Shown here piece after piece: positions 38,288 through 48,324 of a stretch of 64,000 nt of DNA. The stretch's first letter is position 1, and each line of letters starts with the position of its first letter. A model generated the notes under the pieces. The model did no database searches. It was not told where the DNA came from and saw nothing but the letters and a program-made list of their open reading frames with translations. The stretch comes from an uncultured Gammaproteobacteria bacterium (GTDB taxonomy: Bacteria > Patescibacteriota > Patescibacteriia > Magasanikbacterales > GWA2-37-8). The position numbers and the translations under genes are program-made. The stretch is from assembly GCA_964619625.1 (NCBI GenBank), contig CAZUFD010000001.1, forward strand, positions 59,316 to 123,315, read 5' to 3'.

Positions 38288-39706
38288 TTAACCAACTGAA
38301 CCGGTCATCTCCAAAGTAAGCAACCTGTTAAGTTCAACTGCGTATTCCATAGGAAGTTGCTTTACAATTGGGCTGGCAAATCCGTTTACAATAAGCGTGG
38401 CCGCTTGTTCCTCCGAAAGTCCGCGGCTCATGAGATAAAATAATTCATCTTCGCCAATACTGGCTACAGTCGCTTCATGGGCAATAGTTACGTCTTTTTC
38501 TTTAATATCCATGGTTGGATAGGTATCCGAACGGGAAGCCGGATCAAGCATGAGCGCATCACAAACCACGCGAGTTTTTACGTTTTTCGCTCCTTTAATT
38601 ACTTTTACCAAACCGCGGTAGGTAGTACGACCGCCATTTTTACTAATAGATTTGGAAATAATCGTAGAACTGGTATCCGGAGCCAAATGAATTGCTTTGC
38701 CGCCCGCGTCTTGGTGTTGGCCCTTACCCGCAAAGGCCAGAGACTGAATTTCTCCTTTAGCGCCTCGTTCACGCAAGATAACACTAGGGTATTTCATGGT
38801 TGCTTTTGAGCCTAAATTACAATCCAACCAAAACATATGGCCATTTTCATAGACAGATGCTCGTTTGGTAACCAGATTATATACGTTGCCGGACCAATTT
38901 TGAACCGTGGTATATTGCACGCGCGCGTTTTTTTTCACTACAATTTCTACAACAGCTGAATGCAGGGAATCGCTGGAGTAGGTTGGGGCAGTGCAGCCTT
39001 CCACATAATGTACCGAGCTGCCTTCATCGGCAATAATGAGCGTGCGTTCAAATTGCCCCATGTTTTTCATGTTGATGCGGAAGTAGGCTTGAAGGGGGAG
39101 TTCCACATGCACGCCCTTAGGCACGTAAATAAAACTTCCACCCGACCACACGGCCGAATTTAAAGCTGAAAATTTATTATCATGCGTAGGCACAACAGTG
39201 CCAAAATGTTTTTTAAATAATTCCGGATGGTTTTTGAGCGCGTCATCGGTTGATTCAAAAATAACTCCCTGTTTGGCTAGGTTTTCAGCCAGGGAATGAT
39301 AAATCATCTCCGATTCAAATTGAGCGCCGCTGCCGGATAAAAATTTTTGTTCAGCTTGCGGTACGCCTAATTTATCAAATGTATTTTTAATTTCAGCCGG
39401 CACATCTTCCCAATTGCGTTTGGTTTGGTCTTGGGGGCGAACGTAGTAGTGAATATTATCAAAGTCAATCTTAGACAAATCCGCGCCCCAACTTGGCATA
39501 TGTTTTTCCAAAAATATTTCGTATGCCTTTAAACGAAAATCCAACATCCATTCGGGTTCGGATTTTTGGCGAGAAATTTCTTTGATTATTTCCGGTGTTA
39601 GTCCTTTTTTGGCGGTAAAAACACTAGCTGTTTTGGTACGAAAACCGGGGGCATATTTATTGCCGGTTTTGTTAATCAGCTTTTTTGTTTTTACGGGAAT
39701 TGGCAT
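38288..39706 (-). CDS. sufB: Fe-S cluster assembly protein SufB
   Basis: 472 aa with the conserved SufB C-terminus ([26 protein letters not shown]). Confidence 0.9.
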   Translation of the reverse strand: MPIPVKTKKLINKTGNKYAPGFRTKTASVFTAKKGLTPEIIKEISRQKSEPEWMLDFRLKAYEIFLEKHMPSWGADLSKIDFDNIHYYVRPQDQTKRNWEDVPAEIKNTFDKLGVPQAEQKFLSGSGAQFESEMIYHSLAENLAKQGVIFESTDDALKNHPELFKKHFGTVVPTHDNKFSALNSAVWSGGSFIYVPKGVHVELPLQAYFRINMKNMGQFERTLIIADEGSSVHYVEGCTAPTYSSDSLHSAVVEIVVKKNARVQYTTVQNWSGNVYNLVTKRASVYENGHMFWLDCNLGSKATMKYPSVILRERGAKGEIQSLAFAGKGQHQDAGGKAIHLAPDTSSTIISKSISKNGGRTTYRGLVKVIKGAKNVKTRVVCDALMLDPASRSDTYPTMDIKEKDVTIAHEATVASIGEDELFYLMSRGLSEEQAATLIVNGFASPIVKQLPMEYAVELNRLLTLEMTGSVG

Positions 39707-39715
39707 AGGCAGTTG

Positions 39716-39900
39716 TTGTCATTCCGATCGAAGGAGTTTAGCGACTGAGTGGAGGAATCTCTGTCATCCCCCTCTGCCCGAGAGGGGGTAGGGGGAGTGG
39801 GAGTTGACAACTTTGGCAACTCCCTCTCGCTCCCTCTTGGTAAGAGGGAGATTACCGGACAGAGATCCCTCGTCGGCCAAAAGGCCTCGCTCGGGATGAC
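39716..39900. repeat. GC-rich 185-nt long imperfect palindrome / multi-hairpin element in the sufC-sufB intergenic region
   Basis: GTCATCCC at 39763-39770 pairs with GGGATGAC at 39893-39900, and GGAATCTCTGTC pairs with GACAGAGATCC. Internal hairpins are CCCCTCT-gcccg-AGAGGGG, GGGAGTTG...CAACTCCC and TCCCTCTT-ggt-AAGAGGGA. GC is about 58% against an AT-rich surround. Confidence 0.6.
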
Positions 39901-39912
39901 AAAATAAATTGT

Positions 39913-40671
39913 TTATTTCTTTATAAAAGACTCAAATCCGTCTTTTTCTATCTTTTTCAAAATTTCCGTGCCGCCGCTAGCAACAATTTTACCTTTGGAC
40001 ATAATATGAATTTTATCGGGTTTGATAAAATCTAAAACGCGAGGATTGTGACTGACGATTACAAGACCCATTTTTTGTTTTTTATGAATCGTATTAATTT
40101 GTTTGCTGACAATTTTCAGCGCGTCTATGTCTAGCCCTGAATCAATTTCATCTAGGAAGGCAAAAGCCGGCTGTAGCATTGCCATTTGCAACACCTCGGA
40201 TTTCTTTTTTTCTCCGCCGGAAAATCCGTCATTTATAGAGCGAGACATAAACGCAGGATCAATATTTAGCTTATTCATTTCTTCCCGCATCAGGCCGGCA
40301 AATTGAGCCGGAGCCATAGCCGGTTTTTTATTTTTTTGAGCAGCATGAATCGTATTTTTTGCGAGGCGCAAAAAATTTCCCAAAGCTACTCCGGCTACGA
40401 CTTGCGGATGTTGGAAAGCTAAAAATAATCCGGCCTGGGCGCGTTCGGACGGGGAAAGACCAAGAAGATTTTTTTTATCCAGTTTGGCCGAACCCATAGT
40501 GACGGTATATTTAGGGCTGCCCATCAGGACGGATAGAAGAGTGCTTTTTCCCGACCCATTCTGACCCATAATAATGTGAATTTCACCGGAAGAAACGCTA
40601 AAAGAAACGCCATTTAAGATTTTGGTGTTACCAACCGTGGCATGGAGGTTTTTTATCGTTAGATTAGGCAT
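39913..40671 (-). CDS. sufC: Fe-S cluster assembly ATPase SufC
   Basis: ABC ATPase with Walker A GQNGSGKST. The N-terminus (MPNLTIKNLHATV) and the 252-aa size are typical of SufC. Confidence 0.9.
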   Translation of the reverse strand: MPNLTIKNLHATVGNTKILNGVSFSVSSGEIHIIMGQNGSGKSTLLSVLMGSPKYTVTMGSAKLDKKNLLGLSPSERAQAGLFLAFQHPQVVAGVALGNFLRLAKNTIHAAQKNKKPAMAPAQFAGLMREEMNKLNIDPAFMSRSINDGFSGGEKKKSEVLQMAMLQPAFAFLDEIDSGLDIDALKIVSKQINTIHKKQKMGLVIVSHNPRVLDFIKPDKIHIMSKGKIVASGGTEILKKIEKDGFESFIKK

Positions 40672-40793
40672 ATTTGTATAGGTAATGCAGACCTTATAGT
40701 ACCGCTAAAAAGGCTAGGCGTCAATGATAACAAAAACAAAAATCCCATCCGAGTTTTTGGCTACAAATGGGACTTTTTAGGAGTATAAATGGA

Positions 40794-41198
40794 TTATTCG
40801 GTAACTTTCAAAGTACCCCATTGACCGCCAGCTCTGTGGCCGGGTTTGGAGCAGTAATAGACAAATTCTCCGGCTTTGTCGGCGGTAAATTCAACGATCA
40901 CTTCCTGATTAAGCGGTAATTCTTTGGCAACGGTAAATTCATCAATGACAAAGTCGTGCATGCCCAACGTGTTGGTGATTTTAACTTTTACTTTGTCTCC
41001 TTTTTTCACATTCATTTCCGGAAGAGAGAAAATTGGTTTTTTGAGAGCCGGATCATAATATGCGGTCATGGTGAATTCTTTAACCGATTCAACTTTTGCA
41101 TTTTCTTGTGTTGGAGCGGAAACTTTTTTTGCGTTCCACATATATGCAACGCCGCCAACTAGGGCTATAGCCAAAATGAGAACTACTACTTTTTTCAT
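40794..41198 (-). CDS. Cupredoxin-like (plastocyanin/azurin-fold) secreted protein
   Basis: Signal/TM N-terminus. GMHDF...YYCSKPGHRAGGQWG matches the His...Cys...His...Met copper-ligand spacing of cupredoxins. Confidence 0.55.
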   Translation of the reverse strand: MKKVVVLILAIALVGGVAYMWNAKKVSAPTQENAKVESVKEFTMTAYYDPALKKPIFSLPEMNVKKGDKVKVKITNTLGMHDFVIDEFTVAKELPLNQEVIVEFTADKAGEFVYYCSKPGHRAGGQWGTLKVTE

Positions 41199-41228
41199 AC
41201 TAATAAAAAATTATTTAATTAATATAAA

Positions 41229-41600
41229 TTATAAGCAAGAACGAGCCGCAAAGTAATCGCTTGCGGTTGGTTGGGATCCATTTTTAATTTCATTGGCGCG
41301 CTTGGCGCCTAATTTTGCATAAAAGCATGCTTCCATTGTCGGGGTAATTGTAGAAGGCAGCGATGCCGGGTCAATGCCGATTTTTTCTAGCGCTTTTTCT
41401 TGGGCGGGTGATAGCAGGGGGTTTTTATCGGCAGAGGTACCGGCTGTTTGCGGTGTGGTTGATGCTGATTGACTAGTAAAACTTTTTATGATTGGTTTGA
41501 TGCCGTATGGGTCAGCTACGTATAAGTAAACACCTCCCAAAATAAGCAGGAAGAAGATTACCCCAAGAGTTATAAAAAATATTTGTAGAAATTTTTTCAT
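41229..41600 (-). CDS. Hypothetical membrane-anchored protein
   Basis: N-terminal TM helix. No motifs. Confidence 0.4.
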   Translation of the reverse strand: MKKFLQIFFITLGVIFFLLILGGVYLYVADPYGIKPIIKSFTSQSASTTPQTAGTSADKNPLLSPAQEKALEKIGIDPASLPSTITPTMEACFYAKLGAKRANEIKNGSQPTASDYFAARSCL

Positions 41601-41660
41601 ATACGGTTATTATGCTAAGTAAATGTATTATATCACTACTCAAAACAATATTCTAGTTTC

Positions 41661-42044
41661 TTATTTTTCATAAATTTCAATCGGTAACCCATCGGAATCT
41701 CTAAAGAACGCAAATTTTTTATTTGTAATCTCATCCACCCGTACTTCTTCGGTTTCAACACCTCTATCATTCAAATCCTTAACCGTCTTTTCAATTGAGT
41801 CTACTTCAAAAGCCAAATGTCGCAATCCGCAAGCTTCAGGGTTGGAAATTCTAGTTGGGGGATTGGGGAATGAAAAAAGTTCAATTTGCGATCCGGCAAT
41901 ACTAATGTCCAGTTTATACGAATTACGTTCGGCTCGGTATGTTTCTTTAATGATGCTGCCGCCCAATATATCCGTATAAAAAGATTTTGATTTTTGGTAA
42001 TCAGAGCAGATAATGGCAACATGATGAACCTTATTAAATTTCAT
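41661..42044 (-). CDS. VOC-family protein (glyoxalase/bleomycin-resistance fold)
   Basis: 127 aa. N-terminus HHVAIICSDYQKSKSFY and the paired beta-alpha-beta-beta-beta module pattern typical of VOC proteins. Confidence 0.65.
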   Translation of the reverse strand: MKFNKVHHVAIICSDYQKSKSFYTDILGGSIIKETYRAERNSYKLDISIAGSQIELFSFPNPPTRISNPEACGLRHLAFEVDSIEKTVKDLNDRGVETEEVRVDEITNKKFAFFRDSDGLPIEIYEK

Positions 42045-42046
42045 AA

Positions 42047-44407
42047 TTATGGCGTTTTTATCACATGCCTAATCTTATACTGACTCAGCGCTCCAATATG
42101 GTTCAAATCATCAATGCCAATCTTGCCAATATACAAGTACTTTATTTTTTCCACAGCATTGTCTTTTAAGTATTCTTCCACAGCCTGCAAGCCTCTAAAA
42201 TAAATCGTGTCGCGGGTAAACGCTATTTTTTTGTTTGTATCTGCCAGGCCGCGCTTAACTTTTACGCAGGTGCGCCAGGCCGACTCGTCTCCCAGCCCGT
42301 AATTACTTTTTAAATAATGAAATAAATCTACAAATGACATTTCTTGCGCCAAATACGCGCCGATAGACCGCAGCGGCGCCCAAATTTCTTTTTCTCCAAG
42401 CGGCACGCCCAAAGCGTGTTGATTGTATACAGCCAACCCCTCTTCAGTAGCAATGTATCCGGCAGTGCCGACTTCAAACAGTTTATATTTTTGCAAGCGG
42501 CTGTTTTCAGCCCTATAAATATGTGTTTCAATTTCGTGCGCAATCACTGCTTTAAGTCGGTTTTCGGTAAATGTCACTCCTTCCCGCAGAAATATTGTGC
42601 CGGCCAGACTTATTGAAATATCGTTTACGCGCCCCGCGGCTATCTTTATATGCCAATTGGTTAGTTTGTGTTCTTCCAAAAATAGCGTGAGCCGTTTTAC
42701 AATCTGTTTGAAGCTTAGTTTGGCGCTGTCATCGGGCTGAATCGGATGTTCGTGAATATAGCGGACGGCTTGATCGTATAGTACGCGACTGGCTGGGCCA
42801 TATAACTTTTCCGAAGCTTGCTGCAATTTTGGAGTATCCAATGATTCCAATAAATCTAATTTTGTTTCTATTTCAACTATTTTCTTTTTATATAGATTAT
42901 ATAACGGATGGTTAAGCGCTTCGGGTAGAGCCTTTAGGTCTTTTTTAATTTGAGCAATAGGCAAAGAATGGGCGCGGTATAAAAATTGAGGCGAGCGAAC
43001 GGGATTTTCTAGAAACGTTTGTTTTTCTTCATCGTGGTTTAACGGCCGCAGCAATCCGGCGATGGTAATTTTTTTATCTATTTCGTATAATTTTTTATCA
43101 ATATTTTTTAGAATTTTTTCCGTTCGTTCACTATCAATTTTTGGACTTTGATAGGGCAGATGTTTGTTGAGCGTGCTATGAATTGTAAAATGTTCAAGAA
43201 ACTTGCCGCCAATAACCGCTTTATATGTTTGATTTTCTAAGTTGCCAAAGGTGGCGGGAATGGTAAGCCGTTTGCCTTTTAATTTAATATCAATAAAGGA
43301 ATCCTCGGTTTCAATGTCGCTCAGACTGCGGTCAAGCAGAACGCCGTCATAATGCGGATCAATTTTTGCGAGGATGTGGTCGTACTTGGTATTTAATAAT
43401 TCTATATGTTCAAATAATCCGATTGCCGTACGGCTGGGAGCGCTTTCTTTTGTTTCTGCCGGCACATTAGAGCTGAAAAGCGCTTTGCATAGCTCAACAC
43501 CCTTTTCAGGACTTGGAACTTTCAGATCCGCCACTTTTTTTAATCGCGCGCGCAGCGGAATTTGGCTGGCAATTTGAATAGAGAGGCCGGCTCGAGCATT
43601 AAGCTCCAATATTTTTATACCGTTTGTGGTAAGCGCCAAATCCGCGGCTAAAAATCCAATTTGACTGACTTTTTGCGCGTTAGCGGCAGCCAAAAGAATT
43701 TTGTCCCATTCAGGAATTTCTAAATCAGATAATTTTTCTCCGTTAGGCAAGGTGCGAATAAATTTTCCTTTGTGAACCGCATAGGCGGCGCTGCCAGTCG
43801 CAATATCAATGCCTATACCAACCGCCCCTAAATGTAAATTTGCTTTGCCCTGCGACTGTTCCGTAGGTAGGCGCAGCATGGCTAGGACCGGAATATAATT
43901 AAATACAATAATTCGGATATCGGGCAAACCTTGCTTAACGTATGGTTTAAAAAAATCATGAGCCATAAGCCGTTCTTCAATAATTGCTTGATCATATAAA
44001 CCCGATATGGCATATTCTCCGTCTAAGATAGAAGAGACATGCCGGCTAATATCTTGCCAACTATGCTCCTGGCCGCTAATATCTATAAAATTACCGCCTT
44101 TTTTTTCTACAAATACCATAATGCCTTCGCCGCCATACCCATGGTTTGGTTTGATTACGAAATTATCAGGCAGGCTTTTAGGATTAAAATGTTTGAGTTC
44201 GTTATAATTTTTAATTACGGTATATACTTTGGCCGCGCCCAGCCCTCGTGACTGCAAATAATTTTTGGTAAACATTTTATCATCAGCAAAACTTTTATTG
44301 GCTTTGGAATTAAATCTGCTGATATACAAAAGATTGCGCGCGTTAATGCCGAGCACGCCGGATAATCGTTCAAAAAAAGATAATTTGTACTGATGGGATA
44401 GCGCCAT
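42047..44407 (-). CDS. Fusion of an ATP-grasp ligase (alpha-L-glutamate-ligase-like/ATPgrasp_ST-like) with a DUF1704 'QEGLA-motif' HExxH putative zinc peptidase
   Basis: N-terminal GINARNLLYI...KPNHGYGGEGI...ILELNARAG is an ATP-grasp signature. The C-terminus has an HExxH (VIAHEIETHIY) followed by TAGYIATEEGLAVYNQ, the QEGLA-type motif. Confidence 0.6.
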   Translation of the reverse strand: MALSHQYKLSFFERLSGVLGINARNLLYISRFNSKANKSFADDKMFTKNYLQSRGLGAAKVYTVIKNYNELKHFNPKSLPDNFVIKPNHGYGGEGIMVFVEKKGGNFIDISGQEHSWQDISRHVSSILDGEYAISGLYDQAIIEERLMAHDFFKPYVKQGLPDIRIIVFNYIPVLAMLRLPTEQSQGKANLHLGAVGIGIDIATGSAAYAVHKGKFIRTLPNGEKLSDLEIPEWDKILLAAANAQKVSQIGFLAADLALTTNGIKILELNARAGLSIQIASQIPLRARLKKVADLKVPSPEKGVELCKALFSSNVPAETKESAPSRTAIGLFEHIELLNTKYDHILAKIDPHYDGVLLDRSLSDIETEDSFIDIKLKGKRLTIPATFGNLENQTYKAVIGGKFLEHFTIHSTLNKHLPYQSPKIDSERTEKILKNIDKKLYEIDKKITIAGLLRPLNHDEEKQTFLENPVRSPQFLYRAHSLPIAQIKKDLKALPEALNHPLYNLYKKKIVEIETKLDLLESLDTPKLQQASEKLYGPASRVLYDQAVRYIHEHPIQPDDSAKLSFKQIVKRLTLFLEEHKLTNWHIKIAAGRVNDISISLAGTIFLREGVTFTENRLKAVIAHEIETHIYRAENSRLQKYKLFEVGTAGYIATEEGLAVYNQHALGVPLGEKEIWAPLRSIGAYLAQEMSFVDLFHYLKSNYGLGDESAWRTCVKVKRGLADTNKKIAFTRDTIYFRGLQAVEEYLKDNAVEKIKYLYIGKIGIDDLNHIGALSQYKIRHVIKTP

Positions 44408-44409
44408 AC

Positions 44410-45942
44410 CTATTCTTGATGTTCGGTAAGCAGGCTTCTAAATCGGAAATATTCGGCTATGCGTAAGCCGGTGAATTTGCCCAAGAGAAGTGTGGCTATA
44501 ACCGGCACAAGTACCAGTTCGGGCCATGATAGTAATACGTTATTAAAGTAAGCCCAAGTAATAAGATAGTAGGAAGCAATAACAATAAGAAGCGTGCCGG
44601 CTACGGCTACAATCGCGCTGCGAACACCCTCTTCGTTTTGCGCGGCCATAAATTTTTCCGAAACGGTTGACATCACAAGCATTGGGAATATGGCCATAGA
44701 AAGCGGCACGGAGGTGCCGTATTGCAAGGCCAGCCAAATTACAAATAAAAATGAGAGACTGATCAAAGCTAAATGGAGAGCCATTTTTGGCAGGTACAAT
44801 AATTCAAATTTGTTCAAAATAAATTTGGCAATATAGCCGATTACCACCGCGAAAATAAAGGTAAGAATGCCAAGGCCTAAACCGAGGATAAAGAATGAAA
44901 TGGCAATGATGACCGGGGTATAGACGCCAAACGCGCTAATGCCAATGACTTGTCTGGCAAACGAAGCAATGAAGGCTAGAAATGGCACGATAAGAATGAT
45001 ATATACAATATTGGAAGAGACGCCTTTGGAAACCAGGTCAGTCACAAAGTGAGAAAGAAGAAAGACTGATGATTTATCACCGCGCTGGTCTATAATTCTA
45101 TATTCAATACTCCGACTTTGGAGAGTGCCGGCTATCTGGTCTGTCTCTTTGGTGATAAAAATAGGATTAATCGCTTCTTTGCGAGTGAGGAGAATATAAC
45201 TTGGCTCCACCAAATTAAACGTTTGATAAGCTAGGTTGGAAATAGTGTTTAGGTCGCTGTCGGAGATAACGGCAAAAAATTTATTTTTAATGATGGTTTT
45301 ATCTTCTGGTTTTAAATCTTTCCAGTACAGATTAAACGCCTGCATGCCAAGCGGTGATTGGGTGTAAAAAATCAACACATTTGAATCTTTGATATAGTCT
45401 GTGTTTTCTTTTATTTTCTGTACCAGAGCATCTTCGGTAAGAAGCGCGCCTTCCTTTTCGGCTATAGGCAGGAGCTGCAAAGCGACGCCGTTTTCGGCGG
45501 CTTGGGTTTTTAAATTCTCAATTTCTTTTTCGCTTTTTTGATCAATAATAAGCAAGGCGCTACTATTAAAAACAAAAATGTCTTTGCTTATGCTGGCGGT
45601 TGAGGTAGCTTGGCGAATGGTAAGCGTGATAGTTTTTTTTCCTACGGTTGAGAATTGCTGCACGATTTCTTTGCCCGTCACCTTGGGGCCGCTGCCAAAA
45701 TCCCAAACATATTCCGCAGGGGTGGTAGAAGATAATAGAATTGAATCAGAAGCGTCAAAGATAGCTTTTTTATTTATGCGCACCAGGTCATCGGAAGTAA
45801 TTATGGCTTCAAGTTGTTTAGCTGGCTGCAGAGGCAGCGGAGCGGGGGAGGTTGCCACGGTTTGGGCATGTATAGAAGACGGGATTGTAGTTGCCAGTAG
45901 AAAATAAAGAATAGAATATAGTGATACTATTTTTTTCTTCAT
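44410..45942 (-). CDS. Signal peptide, a roughly 290-aa extracytoplasmic domain and a 7-TM C-terminal region. Possibly the '7TM fused to inactive transglutaminase-like domain' family.
   Basis: Start is 3 nt after the stop of the ATP-grasp/peptidase gene. Seven predicted TM helices in the C-terminal 220 aa. The family assignment comes from architecture and neighbourhood only. Confidence 0.5.
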   Translation of the reverse strand: MKKKIVSLYSILYFLLATTIPSSIHAQTVATSPAPLPLQPAKQLEAIITSDDLVRINKKAIFDASDSILLSSTTPAEYVWDFGSGPKVTGKEIVQQFSTVGKKTITLTIRQATSTASISKDIFVFNSSALLIIDQKSEKEIENLKTQAAENGVALQLLPIAEKEGALLTEDALVQKIKENTDYIKDSNVLIFYTQSPLGMQAFNLYWKDLKPEDKTIIKNKFFAVISDSDLNTISNLAYQTFNLVEPSYILLTRKEAINPIFITKETDQIAGTLQSRSIEYRIIDQRGDKSSVFLLSHFVTDLVSKGVSSNIVYIILIVPFLAFIASFARQVIGISAFGVYTPVIIAISFFILGLGLGILTFIFAVVIGYIAKFILNKFELLYLPKMALHLALISLSFLFVIWLALQYGTSVPLSMAIFPMLVMSTVSEKFMAAQNEEGVRSAIVAVAGTLLIVIASYYLITWAYFNNVLLSWPELVLVPVIATLLLGKFTGLRIAEYFRFRSLLTEHQE

Positions 45943-46071
45943 AGTATATAGTATTGATTTTAGAAACTTACTATATCATAGGAAAGCGGCCGAGACAATA
46001 AAATTGACAAAATGATTCCGTAGGATTACTGTTATTATTGATTCTTTTTATGTTTTAAACAAGTAAAACGT

Positions 46072-47007
46072 ATGAAAAAACTTGCTATATATTTTTCCGA
46101 TCCCGAACCGATGGGCTACCCGTTTAATTCCAAGTATCCTTATTGGGAAATTTATCAAGGCATTATTAAAGATATAGAAGCGCAAGGGCATAGCGTGTAT
46201 GTTGTTCGCGGTAATTCATACCTCGGCAAGGGCGTATTTTCACATGGCTGGCGAGTTGTTGGCGGTGTGATGGTGCCGGTAGCCGAGCCGATTACCGTAG
46301 ATTTAATTTTTAACCGCGATGACAAAAATACCATTCCCGCAATTTACGATTGCCCGATCATAAATCATCCGGATTTGGATAGATTATGCGTAGACAAGGT
46401 TGAGACCGCAAAATTTTTTCCCGAGCTTTCGCCCAAAACTAAAGCCATTAATTCATACCAGGAATATTTGGATGCAATTAAGGAGTGGGGTTTTGGTCCG
46501 GAAGAAAAGATTGTTTTAAAAAAGAATTTTTTATCCGGCGGCCGCGGCATTTATATTCGTCCGATAAAAGAGGTTGCCGAATCATTGTATGATGACTGGA
46601 AAGATATTCTTGTTCAAGAATTTGTAGACAATTCCATTGGAATTCCGGAAATAATTGAAGGTTTGCACGATATTCGCGTAGTAACTATTAACGGCGAACC
46701 GGTGTATACGTTTGTGCGCGTACCCCCAGCTGGATCATTTTTAGCCAATGTTTCCCAGGGCGGCACCGAGATACCGTTAAGTTTAAGCAAGCTTCCGAAC
46801 AATTTGTTGAAATTGGTTGAAGAAATAAATAAAAAGCTGTCTCATTATAGGCCGAGTATGTTTGCTTCGGACTTTGTTAATTCTAAAAATGGATTTAAGT
46901 TGGTAGAGCTTAATTCTCGCCCAGCTGTCTGCATCCCTTCACTTTCTTCGGAAACCAAAAATTATATTGATAAGATTGTGCAGCTCCTTGTACAAGAGCT
47001 GTCCTAA
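46072..47007 (+). CDS. RimK-like ATP-grasp ligase, tandem paralog 1
   Basis: GGRGIYIRP...VQEFV...HDIRVVTINGEPV...ANVSQGG...ELNSRPAV ATP-grasp motifs. Confidence 0.6.
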   Translation: MKKLAIYFSDPEPMGYPFNSKYPYWEIYQGIIKDIEAQGHSVYVVRGNSYLGKGVFSHGWRVVGGVMVPVAEPITVDLIFNRDDKNTIPAIYDCPIINHPDLDRLCVDKVETAKFFPELSPKTKAINSYQEYLDAIKEWGFGPEEKIVLKKNFLSGGRGIYIRPIKEVAESLYDDWKDILVQEFVDNSIGIPEIIEGLHDIRVVTINGEPVYTFVRVPPAGSFLANVSQGGTEIPLSLSKLPNNLLKLVEEINKKLSHYRPSMFASDFVNSKNGFKLVELNSRPAVCIPSLSSETKNYIDKIVQLLVQELS

Positions 47008-47028
47008 AATTATTTGCTTGCTTAACCC

Positions 47029-47992
47029 TATGAAAAAACTCGCTATTTATTTTTCCAATCCCAAACCAATGGGCGATCCGTTTGATTTGCGATATCCATA
47101 TTGGCAGATTTATAAAGAAATAATTAGAAACGTGGAAAAACAGGGGATAGATGTATATGTTACCAGGGCTAAAGATTCGTATTTGGGTAAAGGTGTTTTT
47201 ACCCATGGTTGGAAAGTAGACGGGGAAGAATTGATAGAAATAAATGAGCCAATTACCGTAGATTTAATTTTTCATCGCGGCAGTCAAGCCACCATTCCCG
47301 CGACCTATGATTGTCCAATCATAAACCATCCGGATCTGGAGCGATTTTGCGGAGATAAGATAAAAGTAAACCAGGTATTTGCCGATATTTCTCCCAAAAC
47401 CAAAGCTGTTAATTCATACCAAGAATACCTGGATACCATTACAGAATGGAATTTTAATCCTGAAGACAAGATTGTCGTAAAGAAGAATTTTCTCTACGGC
47501 GGGCACGGAGTATATATTCGTCCGATAAAAGAAATTACCGAATCGCTTTATGAAAATTGGCGCGATGTTCTAATGCAAGAATTCGTTGATAGTTCGGGGG
47601 GTATTGCCGGGATTGTTGAGGGCTTGCATGATATACGCGTAGTAACTATTAACGGCGAGCCAGTATATTCGTTTGTGCGGACTCCTCCCGTTGGATCGTT
47701 TTTAGCCAATGTTTCCCAAGGAGGCGCGGAAAAGGCAGTGCCACTTTCCCAATTACCCGCGGAATTACTAAAATTAGTTGAAAGAGTAAATAAGGAATTA
47801 GCGCAATACAGGCCCAGCATCTTTGCTTCCGATTTTTTCAATTCCAAAGACGGTTTTAAATTGATTGAATTAAATTCCCGTCCGGCTGTGTGCGACCCAG
47901 CCCAATCTCCGGAAACCAGAAATTATATTGATAAAATTATCCAATTACTCGTACATACCATCAATAATTCTTTTAAAATTGAGAAAAATTAA
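47029..47992 (+). CDS. RimK-like ATP-grasp ligase, tandem paralog 2
   Basis: Start set at the MKKLAIYFSNPKPMG that matches paralog 1. The two align along their full length (roughly 60% identity by eye). Confidence 0.6.
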
Positions 47993-48051
47993 AACAGGTC
48001 GTATTAAGTTTCCTTTATACTAGGATGATTTTAAAGTAGACGACAAAGACA

Positions 48052-48324
48052 TTAGTTTCTCTTTTTAAGAAACATTGTTTTGAGTACGAGAGTGGTTTTT
48101 CCGTCGCGGCACTCAACCGTTTCGGTGTCGGAAGGAAGCCGGATATTTTTAAAAACAGTTCCAATTTTATAGGTAACCGAAGAACCTTTTAATTTTAAGT
48201 CTTTATTTAGTTGTACGGAATCACCTTCGGCAAGTACGTTGCCGTTACAATCTTTTGTTTCTGACATAGTGTATGAATAGATAAATAATTTATTTTGCGT
48301 TTGGGTCTGCTTGATGAAGACCAA
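48052..48324 (-). CDS. PhnA/YjdC C-terminal-domain-like small protein
   Basis: KDCNGNVLAEGDSVQLNKDLKLKGSS...GTVFKNIRL resembles the conserved PhnA C-terminal domain. The true start may be the internal Met (MSETKD). Confidence 0.55.
   Translation of the reverse strand: MVFIKQTQTQNKLFIYSYTMSETKDCNGNVLAEGDSVQLNKDLKLKGSSVTYKIGTVFKNIRLPSDTETVECRDGKTTLVLKTMFLKKRN

Noticed and set aside
39582-39791. 69-aa plus-strand ORF across the sufB start and the GC-rich palindrome
   Set aside because: It is antisense to sufB and runs into a palindromic element, so it is spurious.
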